A stretch of DNA of 63,728 nucleotides, the filler included, from Hyphochytrium catenoides (lineage: Eukaryota; Protista; Hyphochytriomycota): NCBI GenBank assembly GCA_900088475.1. It is 10 parts of 10 records of this genome, joined end to end, with 100 filler letters (N's around TTAATTAATTAA, not from the genome) between each part and the next. Parts side by side here need not be neighbours in the genome. Positions count along the whole stretch, not along the records: positions 8,065 to 14,596 come from FLMG01001736.1; positions 14,697 to 16,092 come from FLMG01003460.1; positions 16,193 to 20,521 come from FLMG01004116.1; positions 20,622 to 22,470 come from FLMG01001366.1; positions 22,571 to 26,613 come from FLMG01002548.1; 5 more parts are not named here. The stretch is one strand, 5' to 3'. Below, piece after piece: positions 12,409 to 24,188 of the stretch (position 1 is its first letter; each line of letters opens with the position of its first letter). Made by a program: the position numbers and the translations under genes. Under the pieces are notes generated by a model. It saw nothing but the letters and a program-made list of their open reading frames with translations. It searched no databases and had not been told where the DNA came from.

Positions 12409-13712
12409 GATGACTTGTGAGCAAGTTAAAAGTGAGGCTGGGTTCCGCGACCTTGGCTAGTGCTATTATCTCGACTGGGTTAACTCTAATATGATAGGCA
12501 AGAGATCGCCCTACTGCTGAGCTTTCTGATCTGAAGACCTGACTGCGAAGGACGTTGGAGATGCAGATGGAGCTTCTGAAGCTTCAGAGCTCTGTGAAGC
12601 TTGGTCTGCCAGGACGGCGCTGACATCTGAAGCTGCGCGGCGAAGAGCTGCCGCAGCGCTTTTGGACCTTCAACCTCGGCTGTGCCCTTTGTCCCTTTGA
12701 ACCCAAACATATACCGCTGTGACAGACTATTAGCACTAGCTAGAGGTCTAGAAAATATGCCTTGGCACATTGTGCATGTTGGATAAATGAGTCAAATGTC
12801 CTGATCGTATGCCGCTGGAGAGGATACTAGGTTATTTCCTACAACCTGATCCTTCGCCGCCTCACAGACACGAAAGGAAAGTTCGCATCCCCATCCATTA
12901 AATGAAGGAGACTGTCCCCATAGGTCAGAGGCGGTTGTAACACCAAACATCACTCAGAAAACTGTGGAAGGGGAAGGATATGGAGGTGGTACTCAGACCA
13001 GGTGAGCGAGGGCACTCACCACTCTACTTCACATCCACCCTCCAGAGAGATCAGAACATCTCGAGATGGAAAAGAATGACGAATAATTCAAGATGAATCC
13101 TTTCAATCACCTTCCCAGCCCTTACATATTTGAAAAAAAAAGCTTCAGGAACGGGGAGTCTTTCATGTCAGAAATTGCACAACAACCTCCACAGCAAGCC
13201 GCTAACGCCTATTCGATCCGTTTTTCTCTCTGTGCGTTGAGTGTCTGTGGGCAGTTGAAGTCGCGGCGGGAGACGGAGAAACTGGTGAACCTGACGGCCG
13301 AGCGGCTCGGGACCGTCCGGGAGCGGCCCCGAAGGACGGGACCAGGACGCTGTCCTTCCTTCTGATCAGCCAAGATGCTGGCTGGGCGGATGAAGGGCGG
13401 CAGGGGATGGGAACGCAGGCGGCCGTAGAGGCCGATGTCCTGCTAAGTAGTGGAGGTCAGAGGCGATGTGCTGCCAATGATCGGAGATAAAGGCCTTGCT
13501 GCGCTGAGGACGAGCTCCATGACCTGTCTGTCCATCATCCCTGCTTGCTAGTGTCTGACGATTAGCCTGTGGAGTGGTTCCAACGCCACGCTCCTGGAAG
13601 ATAGTGTCTTCTGACGACGGAATCAGGTCTATAACAGCGGAAGTAGAGCTCTAGACTCCGACAGTCGATCTTATCGCTAGCTTCGTATCGCACAAAGGGG
13701 AGCGAGAGCCCC

Positions 13713-14596
13713 ATGGCAGGCGGCCTGATAGAAAAGATGACCGCAGGCTGGGAGGCGCCGCTTTGGGCTGAGGTCATTCTCCTCCCGGTCCTCGTTGCTG
13801 TCGTCCTGCGGTACTCGGCATATGGCATCGTAGCGAGGTAGTACCACTTTCTTAAGATTGCCTCTGTTGGATTATTCCTGTCTCCCCACTCCTTGCCCTG
13901 TCCACCTCCTTGGCAGCCTCCCTCCCTCCTATTCCGCTGCCTCTCTATCTCCTCATCTCCCTTCCCTTCGTCACCCTTTCTCTGAAAGTGCGAAGGCTCC
14001 ACGTCCCCCGGTTAACCTGCCTGCCGCTCTCCCTCAGGCTGTTACGCCTCGTGATGTGGACTTACTTCCGCAGGATTGACATTGAGGGCATCTCACACTT
14101 GCCAAAGACAGGTAAGGCGGCCCTTCCCCGCCTCCTGAGGCAGTGATCGCCACCTTACTCCTCTCTGTTTGCCTCCTGTGCTTCATTCGCTTCTTTTCTT
14201 TACCCTTAAGGTCCACTTCTCTTCCCTCTAACATTTGTCCCAGTGGCTTTTATTTCTCGCTCTCTCGCCCTCCCGTTCCCGCGTCCACCAGCAACTCCGC
14301 ACACAGAACCTCTCTCCCTCTCTCTTTCTTCTCTCTCTCTCCATCTTTTCTTCGTCTTTTCCCTGTTCCGCCTCTCTTATCTCTCACAAACATTCACGCA
14401 CTCTTATCTCCCCCTTACTGTTACGTTCTCTCTCTCTCTCTCTTTCATTCTCCGTGTCTCTCTCTCTCTCCATCTCTTTCTCTCCCTCCCCTTCCTTCCC
14501 TCTGTCTCTGTCTCTCTCTTTCTCTCTGTCTCTCTCTCTCCTACTCCCTCTTTTCACTCTCTGCATACAGGCCCAGTGATTGTATGTCCGAACCAT
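13713..14596 (+). CDS. Glycerol-3-phosphate/lysophospholipid acyltransferase (PlsC-like), N-terminal fragment cut by scaffold end
   Basis: Exons 13713-13837, 14038-14111 and 14571-14596 splice in frame to MAGGLIEK..(TM)..RLLRLVMWTYFRRIDIEGISHLPKTGPVIVCPNH, the typical F..I.vxGxxnlPxxGPvi.vxNH lead-in to the NHxxxxD motif. Confidence 0.8.
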
Positions 14597-14696
14597 NNNN
14601 NNNNNNNNNNNNNNNNNNNNNNNNNNNNNNNNNNNNNNNNTTAATTAATTAANNNNNNNNNNNNNNNNNNNNNNNNNNNNNNNNNNNNNNNNNNNN

Positions 14697-15437
14697 TGGT
14701 TCTCTCTCCTGATCTTGCACATTCTTTCTTCCTCTGTCATGCTTCTCTGCATCTCTGTCCTGGTTGTCCCTTACTTCTACTGCTATCGCCGCTCTTTCTT
14801 TGACCTTTGCTTCAGGATCAACCTCATCGCTTCTCTCCCCAGCATTCTCTCTTCCTTCCTGCTCCTCATCATCATGAGAGAGAGAGACCTAGCCACTCTC
14901 TCTGCTTTCTTCTTTGGATCCTTTCTATGGTCTCTCTCTGTTCTCTTCTCTCTCTTTCATGGCTGGTTCTCTCCTAATATCAGAGAGGCGTACCTCTGGC
15001 ACTTGCGCCAGTTTGCTCTTTCCTGGAGCTTCCCTGTGTTAAAGACAGTCATCACGCACGGGATCCTCTTCCGATTCACTGACGAAGGCGTTAAGCCTAA
15101 GGATTATTATGGAGGCACGCTCTGGATGGCGCTCGGGCTGTCCATCGCGATAGGAGAATGGCTTGCGATTCCTTGTCTGCTCCAGAAGTATGGCGCTAAA
15201 TTAGAGGCTGCAGACGAGAGGAGGAGGAAGAGAGACTCCTCCTTGGGAGAGGAGAAAGAGGTTGAGGAAGAGAGAGACGGAATGGACAGCTACGAAGAAG
15301 GCGAAAAGGACGGAGAAGAGAGACGGCCGTCTCTGACCTCTGTCGTCCAGCCGCTAGGAACATCAAGTGTCTTACTATACAGAAGCACTAGCCCCACCGC
15401 CATAGGGAAGAGACTGAGCACCTCAGCTGTATCTTGA
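14697..15437 (+). CDS. Multi-pass membrane protein, C-terminal part (weak DUF2306-like pattern)
   Basis: Long open frame with about five hydrophobic segments, AYLWHLRQFALSW and WMALGLSIAIGEW, then a charged tail. The family call is by eye only. Confidence 0.5.
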   Translation, partial: WFSLLILHILSSSVMLLCISVLVVPYFYCYRRSFFDLCFRINLIASLPSILSSFLLLIIMRERDLATLSAFFFGSFLWSLSVLFSLFHGWFSPNIREAYLWHLRQFALSWSFPVLKTVITHGILFRFTDEGVKPKDYYGGTLWMALGLSIAIGEWLAIPCLLQKYGAKLEAADERRRKRDSSLGEEKEVEEERDGMDSYEEGEKDGEERRPSLTSVVQPLGTSSVLLYRSTSPTAIGKRLSTSAVS

Positions 15438-16570
15438 GCCTCTCTCTCACTCTCTCTCTCAAAATGAGAATCAAGGGACAACGCTCTCTCTCTCTCTCTC
15501 TCTTTAAAAAGGAGGATCAAGGTACATGCCAGTTTTTAACTTCAAGGCAGGATCTGCACGCTGCGTAGTAAGCAGAGAGGGTAACTGGCGGCAGCGGGGA
15601 AGGGACCAACTGAGGAGGAAAAGCACACTTGAGAGAAAGAGAAAAGAAGAGAGGAGACGTAAGCTACTATGGACTCTGGGTATTGTTTTAGAGCTCTAAG
15701 GAAGGGTTTTAGAGAGAGAAGGAAAGGGAGAGAAAGAGAGAGAGAGGATATGTGGAAAGAGGGAGAGGGAAAGGAGGAACCATTTGGCATCATCCCGTAT
15801 CAGCAGCCTTTCGTCAGTAGCCATCACAGGCAAAACTCTCTCTCTCTCTCTCTTAGTGGAAGGTCCAAGCGAGAGGAGAGAGGAAGGAGAGGCAAAGAGA
15901 CAGACACCCGAAAGCTGAGAGTGGGAGATTGCAAGAAATGCCTGCAGATCATGACATCGATGCAGGAGAGAAGGAGTCTCTCCCGAGCTCTCAATTCACG
16001 CTGATTATAGACTCTTTCTCTCTCTCTCTTCTTAGCTCTCTCTCTCTCTCTCTTTTGTCCTTGTATGCCTCACGCTCTAGACATGGCACCTTNNNNNNNN
16101 NNNNNNNNNNNNNNNNNNNNNNNNNNNNNNNNNNNNTTAATTAATTAANNNNNNNNNNNNNNNNNNNNNNNNNNNNNNNNNNNNNNNNNNNNGACAGAGA
16201 GAGAGAGAGAGAGAGAGGGAGAAAGGGAGACCAGAGAGAAAGGGAGACCAGAGAGAAAGAGAACGGAAGAGAGAGAGAGTCAGGCAAGCGACAGAAGGAC
16301 ATAATAATGGGTTAAACAGGGGAGGTGGGAGAGAGAGAGAGAGAGGGAAAAGGAAGAGAGAGAGAGGGAAAGAGAGAGAGAGAGAGAGAAAGAAAAAAGG
16401 AAGTGAGAGAAAGGTTTAAAGAGGAGAAGAAAGAGAGCACCAGTTCCTTTATTGAGAAAGTAGCACGTTAAGGGAGCGAGAGAAAAAAGAAATGCCAGGA
16501 GCTAGAAAACGAAAGAGGGGAGAAAGAGAGCTGAAAAAGAGCGAGATGGGTTGAGAGAGACACATAGAAA

Positions 16571-16601
<31 letters not shown>

Positions 16602-16773
16602 CAAGAATAAAGTAATACTCCTCCTTCTGAGACAAAGGGGGGCCCATATATACCAACAAGCAGACACGAAATGACGTAAAATGAGAGAAAGAGACAAAGG
16701 AAAAGAGAGAAAACAAACGGGAAAGAGAAAGACAGATAAAGAAAAAGAAAGAAGAGAGAGAGAGAGAGATTAC

Positions 16774-17171
16774 CCTTTTCACTTCAGACCGTAAAAGTCC
16801 ATTGAAAAGCTTACTAACAGGAGATTGAAGTTGGGGAGAGAGCTCCGGACGTGGATTGTTTAGCACTTTCTTCTGTCCTCTTCTCCCTATTTCTTCCCAT
16901 TCTTCCTCTTCTTCTCTCTCTCTCTCTCCCTCTCTCTCTCTCTCGGAGAGAGAAGAGCGAACAGGAGAGAGTTGAAGAAAGTCGTTGTGTAGTCTGTCTA
17001 ACAGATACTCTAAGAACTCCTGAGCATCCTCCTGAGGAGACCACATCAGGGAGAAAGAGAGAGAGAGAGAGACAATAAGAGAGAGAGAAAGAGAAAGAAA
17101 GAAAGAAAGAGAAGAAGAGAGAGAAGAAGAGAGAGAGGGGGGAGAAGAGAGAGGAGGAAAGAGAGAGAAGA

Positions 17172-17202
<31 letters not shown>

Positions 17203-17228
17203 GAGAAAATGAGAGGGAGAGAAGAGAG

Positions 17229-17267
<39 letters not shown>

Positions 17268-18168
17268 AAGAATGAGAAGAGAGAGAGAGAAGAGAAGAGA
17301 GCGAAAACACGAGAGGGATGGAGAGGGGTCAGATCCAGAGGGGAGGAGAGAAAGACCTAGTCATGTAGAGTGATAGAGAGAGAGACAGAGGTGTCAGAAT
17401 CAGAAGAAGAGGATAGTCCTAGAGAGAAAGATTCGAAGGACAGGCAAGAGAAAGAGGGAGAGAGAGAGAGCTCAGAGCCAAGGAGAGGAAACGTTTAAAG
17501 CTTGGGAGGGCAAGAGAGAGAGAGAGAAAAAGAGAGAGACAGAAAGAGAGAGACATACTACTAGCAGTGTGGGGAAGTGACAACGAAGAAGAGAGAGAGA
17601 GAGAGAGACAAGCGAAGCGAGAGAGAGTCAGCGATGTAAAAGAAAGGGAGAGAAAGAGAGGCAGAAGGAAGGATGAGGGAAAAAGCGACTGAGAAGGAAA
17701 GAGAGAGAGAGAAGAAGTGCGAATCAGGTAATAAGGAGATAGAGCAAAGAACAAACGAAACGACGGAGGAGAACTGGAGAAAGAGCCAGAAAGTGAGAGA
17801 GAGAGCAGAGAGAGAGAGGAGAGGGAAGAAAGAGAGAGAGAGAGAGAGATAAGAGAGAGAGAGAGAGAAAGTAGAGAGAACAAGTAGAACCTGCTGGCCG
17901 ACGCGTGTCTTTTGGAAACGTTGCAGTTCCTGTGTCAGAGCAGAGGAAAGAGCGAGAGACGGAAATCCTCCCGGCCGTTCTAGGGCCAAACCAAAGCGAA
18001 AAGTGACAGAGAGAGAGAGAGAGAGAGAGAGAAAGAAAGAGAGAGGGGAGAGAGAGAGAACAGAGGGAACATTAACGTAATACGAGAAGAGAAAGGGAGA
18101 AAGAGTGAACCCCTCCGGCAAGGAGGATGACAGAGAGACTCAGGTGTGACTCTGTTGATAGAGAAAAC

Positions 18169-18205
<37 letters not shown>

Positions 18206-18783
18206 AAGAGTGGACAAAGAAGAGAGAGAAAAGAGATGAGAGAGAGAGAGAGAGAGGAGAGAACGTAGCATGAAAAGTGAGAAAGTCAAGAATACCTCCG
18301 AGTGCAGGGAATGGTCCTCCTCGTCCGTTTGTGCCTAGAGAGAAACATTACACAGTCATTAGAACAAGAGAGAAGGTAAGAAGAAAGAAAGAAAGAAAGA
18401 GGAAAAGGAATGAAAGAAAGAGCAGACACCAAGAGAAGAAGAGGAGAGAGAGAAGAGGCAGAGTGAGAGAAAGAGAAAGAAAGAGAGAGCGAAGGAGAGA
18501 GAGAGAAAGAGAGAGGGAGAGGGAGAGAGAGAAAAAGAGAGAGGGAGACAGAGAGAAAGACAGAGAGAGAGAGAGACAAAGAAGATAGAGTACGTAATCA
18601 GGTGCAAAACAAGTCATGCACCGGAAGATAGTAATAGGGAAGAAAGAGGGAGAGAGAGCAAGAGAGAGACAGGGAGCAAGAGAAAGAGGGAGAAATTAAG
18701 ACAAAAGGGACATGTACACCAAGGAATAATACAAATGCAGCGAAACCAGGGAGGGAAAGAGAGAGAGGGTAAGAGAGCGAGAG

Positions 18784-18820
<37 letters not shown>

Positions 18821-19415
18821 CATACCAAGAGAAGGCTCTGAAAATTGAGAGGAGAAGTCGGCCAAGTGTTTCCAGATATTCTTCTCTAGGTCGCTTAAGT
18901 CCTTTGATGCCTCTGCAAGAAGAAAGAGCGAGAGAGAGAGAGAGCGAGAGAGAGAGAAGATTGAGAGAGAGAAGAGTGAGAGAGCAAATAGTGAGAGAGA
19001 GCGCGAGTGAGAAAGAAAGCGCAGGAATAGGTTGGCGAGAAGACTTCCAGAGAGAGGATTGGGAGAACGAAGGAGAGAAAAACGAGCGTAGGAAAGAGAG
19101 AGAGAGAGAAAGAATTGAGAATGAGGGAATGGTAAGAGAGAAAGGAAGAGAGAGAGAGAGAGAGAAAAAAAGAGCGCGAAGGAGCGAGGGCGGAAAGGAG
19201 AGAGAGTCCAGATCTGTGAAAGAGACCGATCACCAGGAAGAAAGCAGAGAAGAGAAAGGAAACAAGATAGAGAGAGGAAAGGAGAGAGAAAAAGAGGGAG
19301 AGAGGTTATGGCTGTTCATACCGGGAGTGCTCAAGAGCTGCCTGATCTGTTCTAACACGCTAGCAACAGGGAGAGAGAAGTCAGGGTAAAAAGGAACCCG
19401 CGACAAAGAGAGAGA

Positions 19416-19460
<45 letters not shown>

Positions 19461-19557
19461 CAGAACTTACCTAAAGAAGGGGGCACAGGAGAAAAGAGAT
19501 TGTATGACTACATTCTGAAAGCAAGTGTTGCCCTGGTTCTTAAGCCCTCTGATCTCA

Positions 19558-19644
<87 letters not shown>

Positions 19645-19942
19645 AAAGGAGGGAAAAAGAGACACAAAAAAGGGAGAAAGAGAGAGGGAGAGGTTATTGC
19701 TGATCAAATAATGGAACCTTTCAAGTTTTCTCTTTAACTAAGCAGATGTCTCTCTCTCTCCGCCTGCCAATTTCACACCCACCACCTCCCTCCCTCCCTC
19801 ACTCCACTGTGCTTCTCTCTCTCTTTCTCTCTCTCCCTCCTTCCATGACTCCCGCTCTCATTTCATCTTCTCCTGTGCCGAGCTTCTCTCTTCTTTCGTC
19901 CTCTTCTCTCTCTCTCTCTCATGATTCTCTCTCTCTCTCATG

Positions 19943-19987
<45 letters not shown>

Positions 19988-20118
19988 GTCTCTCCCTCTC
20001 TCTCCCCCCTCTCTCTCTTCTCTCTTTCTCTCTCACCTTCTAAGAGGGTCGGAGTCACTTCTACTACTTTCACTAAGGTTCTCAAGAAACTTTGCCAGCT
20101 TCTGTTGAGTGCGATTCC
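16774..20118 (-). CDS. USP10: Ubiquitin C-terminal hydrolase, USP10/Ubp3-like, internal fragment
   Basis: Cys box IRGLKNQGNTCFQNVVIQSLFSCAPFFR (~19470-19558); ELQRFQKTRVGQQ|EDAQEFLEYLLDRLHNDF (QQDA box); EEEEEWEEIGRRGQK..SPVSKLFNGLLRSEV, typical of USP10. Confidence 0.85.
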
Positions 20119-20151
20119 TGAGGAAAAAGAGAAAGAAGAGAGAGAGAGAGA

Positions 20152-20185
<34 letters not shown>

Positions 20186-20621
20186 AAGCAGAAGAACAAA
20201 AGAAGCAGGACAAGAGAGAAAGGAAGAACGAGCATGAGAGCTTTTAATGAGGTGAAAACATGAAGACCTAAGTACCTTTTGAGTGAAAGAGAGAGAGAAC
20301 AGAGAGAGAGAGAGAGAGAACAGAGAGAGAGAGAAAGAAACAGGGGCAAAATTAGAGAGAAAAGAAAGAGAGATGACGATAGCGAGGGACCACGGAAGAG
20401 AGAGAGAGAGAGAAACAAGCGCAAAGACAGAAAGGAAAGCGAGAGAGATCGCGATAAGAGAGACAGCGAGAGAGCGACCGAGGGAGAGAAGAAGGAGGGA
20501 GAGAGAGAGAGAGAGAGAGAGNNNNNNNNNNNNNNNNNNNNNNNNNNNNNNNNNNNNNNNNNNNNTTAATTAATTAANNNNNNNNNNNNNNNNNNNNNNN
20601 NNNNNNNNNNNNNNNNNNNNN

Positions 20622-22470
20622 AGCCTCGCTTCCACTTGGACAAGCTGCCGGCGTCACAACTGTCAACAGTAGGCCATGGTGAACAACTTAGTGCCTTGTT
20701 AGCTGCTCTCCTATCCTCCTCCTCTTCTTCTCCCGGAGGAGCTCAAACTAATGAACTGGGATTAGCCAACCAGTATACAAAGTCTTCTGTCTCTGGTGAA
20801 TCCCTTACCCTAGCTTCTATCCAGCAGGCTGCAGCGAACGCGAAAGCCGTCCAGAGTAGCCACAAAATGGCTGCTAGACAGCGGATGCTCCAGTCACATT
20901 ACTGGAGATCGATCACTCTTTCTCTCTTTCACTTCTATTGACCCTCTTCCTCTCTTTACCGCTGACAACCGGCCAGTCTTTGCCGTGGGAAAGGGAAGCA
21001 TACTTATGCCTGCTGCCAATAGAGCTACCGCCCCTCTCTACCTGCCTAATGTGCTTTATGCACCAGGCTTTCCAAAGCATCTTCCATCTATTGGACAATA
21101 CATCCAAGACTCCTCTGGTGAAGCAGTGTTGTTTACCTCGAATGGAGCTTACACTCTCAGTCCTTCATTGGTCAAGGACATTGCAAAGTTGAGCTCACAA
21201 GAACAAGTGAGACGTGTTGGTTTGACAAATGAAACCGTCTATTACTCCTCGGACACTGACGATGCACGGGGACAAAGTGACCCTTCTATTCCAAGAAGAC
21301 TAGCCGCAGCTACCCGCAAGCAAGAGCCTATCACCCTGTGGCACAAACGCCTTCATCATCTTAACCACACAGATATTCGAAGACTAGCCCTGCAGGCTTC
21401 CGGCATAGCCCTTGATAGAGCTTCTCAGCAGCTCTGTCTTTGCTAGACCTGCATTCTTGCGAAGCTAACTCGTAAGCCTTACCACGCTCAGCCCCGTAAG
21501 ACAACAAGACTGCTGGAACTTCTGCACGCCGACGTTGGCATTGTCAATACTCGTAGCTATCAAGGCTATGTACATTTTCTGCTCGTGGTGGATGATCACT
21601 CTCGGAGGTGCTTTGTGCAATTTCTTCGGAGCAAAGGAGAAGCAGAAGCTAAGTTGGAGGAGCTCATTCTTTTCATCATGGAGAACCAGACGGGTGAGCG
21701 CGTGAAGGAGAGTTCGTTAGCAGTGCTGCACACAAAGTGTGCTCTCGCCGCGGCATCCTGCACTCTCCGACACCTGCTTATCGCCCTTTAGCAACGGCAG
21801 TTGTGAACGCTGGATGAGAACTGTCATGCAGGCTACGAGATGCCTTCTGATTGCTACTGACCTACCTTGTTTTTTTTGGCAGATGCATTGGCCTCCGCAG
21901 TTCATGTGATCAATCGCTGTCCTACTGCTTCACTCGATGGCTCTACCCCCTACGAAAAGTTGTATGGCAAGCCGCCTGATGTTGGTCATCTACGCGTCTT
22001 TGGTTCATTTGCGTATGCTTTAAAGCCGTCGACGATGCTGCGAAAGCTTGATGCGCGGAGCTCTCGGTATAACTTTGTAGGGTATGACTCTGGCACCCAT
22101 TGCTATCGACTGTATGATCATCTGACCAAGAGAATCTCTGTGCGGCGTGATGTGGTTATCGACGAGTCTCGCTCTGAGGCATTTCTACTCAAACAGGCAA
22201 AAAGGCAGCAACATTATGAGTATGTCTCTTTGTTTCCCATCATAGGGAGCGAAGAAGCAACTGCCGCTGAAGCAGCGCAAGTAAGTGGTGAAGCGAGTGC
22301 AGCGCGACAAGCAGAAAAAGGAAGTGAACCTTCTGCTGACGAAGCAAGTCCAGAGGAACCCACGAATGATTGTCTGGGGCCGGGGCCAGAGAGCAACGTT
22401 ACTGATGGCACGGAGACGAGCGAGCTTGACGAAAACGAGGATCATCCCGCAGCTTCTTCTCCCTCCTCTC
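20622..22470 (+). mobile_element. Degenerate Ty1/copia LTR retrotransposon pol fragment (protease, GAG-pre-integrase, integrase, SH3-like region)
   Basis: Protease WLLDSGCSSHITGD (~20868); LWHKRLHHLN; LELLHADVG..LVVDDHSRRCFVQFLRSKGEA; NGSCERWMRT; TPYEKLYGKPPDVGHLRVFGS..KLDARS..FVGYD..YRLYD..VRRDVVIDE. There is an in-frame TAG at 21444-21446 and frameshifts. Confidence 0.93.
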
Positions 22471-22570
22471 NNNNNNNNNNNNNNNNNNNNNNNNNNNNNN
22501 NNNNNNNNNNNNNNTTAATTAATTAANNNNNNNNNNNNNNNNNNNNNNNNNNNNNNNNNNNNNNNNNNNN

Positions 22571-22869
22571 CTGGACATCGGCTCACTTGTAACGCTAGCC
22601 ATGCCACTTGTACTGTTTGTCTGAGAGGCCTCGATATCGCTACTATCAAGGCTTGTTCTGGCGTTAACCATAGCGTCCCCCATGTCCAAGGAGTCAAAAG
22701 ACAGGTCCGTCATAATAAGGGTAGAGATGAAGATTATCAACTCAGTTAGAGCCCAGAGGATGCGGAAGAGAATCCATCTTTTCCTGATGGACGACACGAT
22801 CGCCCGCACAGGCGTCACTCGCTGCTCTCCGTTGTGTTCCGTTTTATGCTTGACGAACCTCGATTTCAT
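22571..22869 (-). CDS. Possible N-terminus of a hypothetical membrane-anchored protein, cut by scaffold end
   Basis: ATG-started frame with a hydrophobic stretch (WILFRILWALTELIIFISTLIM) and a Ser/Thr-rich region running into the gap. Confidence 0.3.
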
Positions 22870-24150
22870 TGCCTCTATGGAGCCGATCCTCTCACGAAAG
22901 AAGGATTGTGCTATTCCCTCTACTTAGAGTTGAACAGTGCTTGGTGTTGTTAAGACTCAGGAGTTGAGGTACTTCCGCTCAGGAATAGTAGTTGGGGCCT
23001 TTCGCGTCCTTCTTCCTAGGAGGCGCAAGTGCCACGGAAGTGCCCGCTGTCAGTCTCAACGAAAAAGATGGTCGTCTGCCTGAGTGTGGAGGCATCTAGC
23101 TGTTAATCCCTTGTCAACGTCCCCATGGACATCTCTAAGAGGTCAGTTGTGCCTGCTCGGGGGTAGTCGTACTAGCCCGTTGGTGATCCTATAGAGAAAA
23201 AGGTGAGAAACTAGCGACTCTCATCTTCCATAATAGGCCGCCTGGTGCCTGGCAAGCTTATTAAAGTATTACTGAGTGAGACGACCGACGTCGTGCCAAA
23301 TGACGGCCCCGCCCCGTCTGGTTTGCCACTAGCAAGAGCCGACAAGAGACAGAGTGGGCAAGGCAAGGCTGCGCTCCAGGTTTTAGGTGTGGCCAAGGAG
23401 GGCGAACGGAGAAGATAGCATGATAAGGGCTAATGATGCTGGAGGACAGAGATTACGAAAGAGGGAGATGACGCGGAGATTTGTGCATGTCGACGGCAAT
23501 ATGCAGGTGCTTTCACAGCGCAAAAGGCTATTTTTGCTAGGGCGATGAATGATGGAGAATTCAGATGCTGATCATCACTATCCACCACCCGCCAGCACAT
23601 CAGCTACTAAGCCATATCATTTATTTAGGAGTCGGTAGGGAACCGGGGCTGCAGAAGGACAGAGGAATAAGTAGTCTGACCACGAACAAAACGACAACAA
23701 AGACTCATCACCAGTAGCCAACCAATAACAAACCGCCAAATGCAAGTAGGGGAGACCAAAGGAAGGCAAAGAAGGACACAAGGACGACCACGGTCGTAGT
23801 TGCCCGAAGGGAGATACCTCTATGAATATGACATAAAGAAGAAGGTTCCGCCATGATGCAACGAATGAACGGTGGTAGTTAGGAGGAGCGAGCAGCAGCA
23901 GATAGAAGCAGCAGCCGGCGTCAGAAGAACACCAGGGTGAACAGCAGCACCAGCAGCAGCAGGCAGGAGCGGCCCTAGTAAGTATCCCTCCTCATACGTC
24001 TTTCCTTCCTCTTACATCCATCCTACGTCTTTCTTGCCCAGCAGCACCGCGACGAGGGCAGGCAGCAGCAGCAGGTAGCAATGCACTCATCATCTCCATC
24101 ACCAGCATCATGCTCGTCGGGAGACGGAACAGCCCTCTTCTACTTGTTCC

Positions 24151-24188
24151 CTAATAATAAAACGGCTCACTAATAATAAAACGGCTCA
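24151..24188. repeat. Perfect 19-bp tandem duplication
   Basis: CTAATAATAAAACGGCTCA x2. Confidence 0.9.

Noticed and set aside
16193-20521. Numerous ORFs rich in SLSLSL or RERERE
   Set aside because: They are translations of intronic CT/GA microsatellites, which lack stop codons.
23885-24110. AGC-rich tract as a polyQ/polyA coding region
   Set aside because: Short, imperfect and interrupted by stops, with no supporting ORF.
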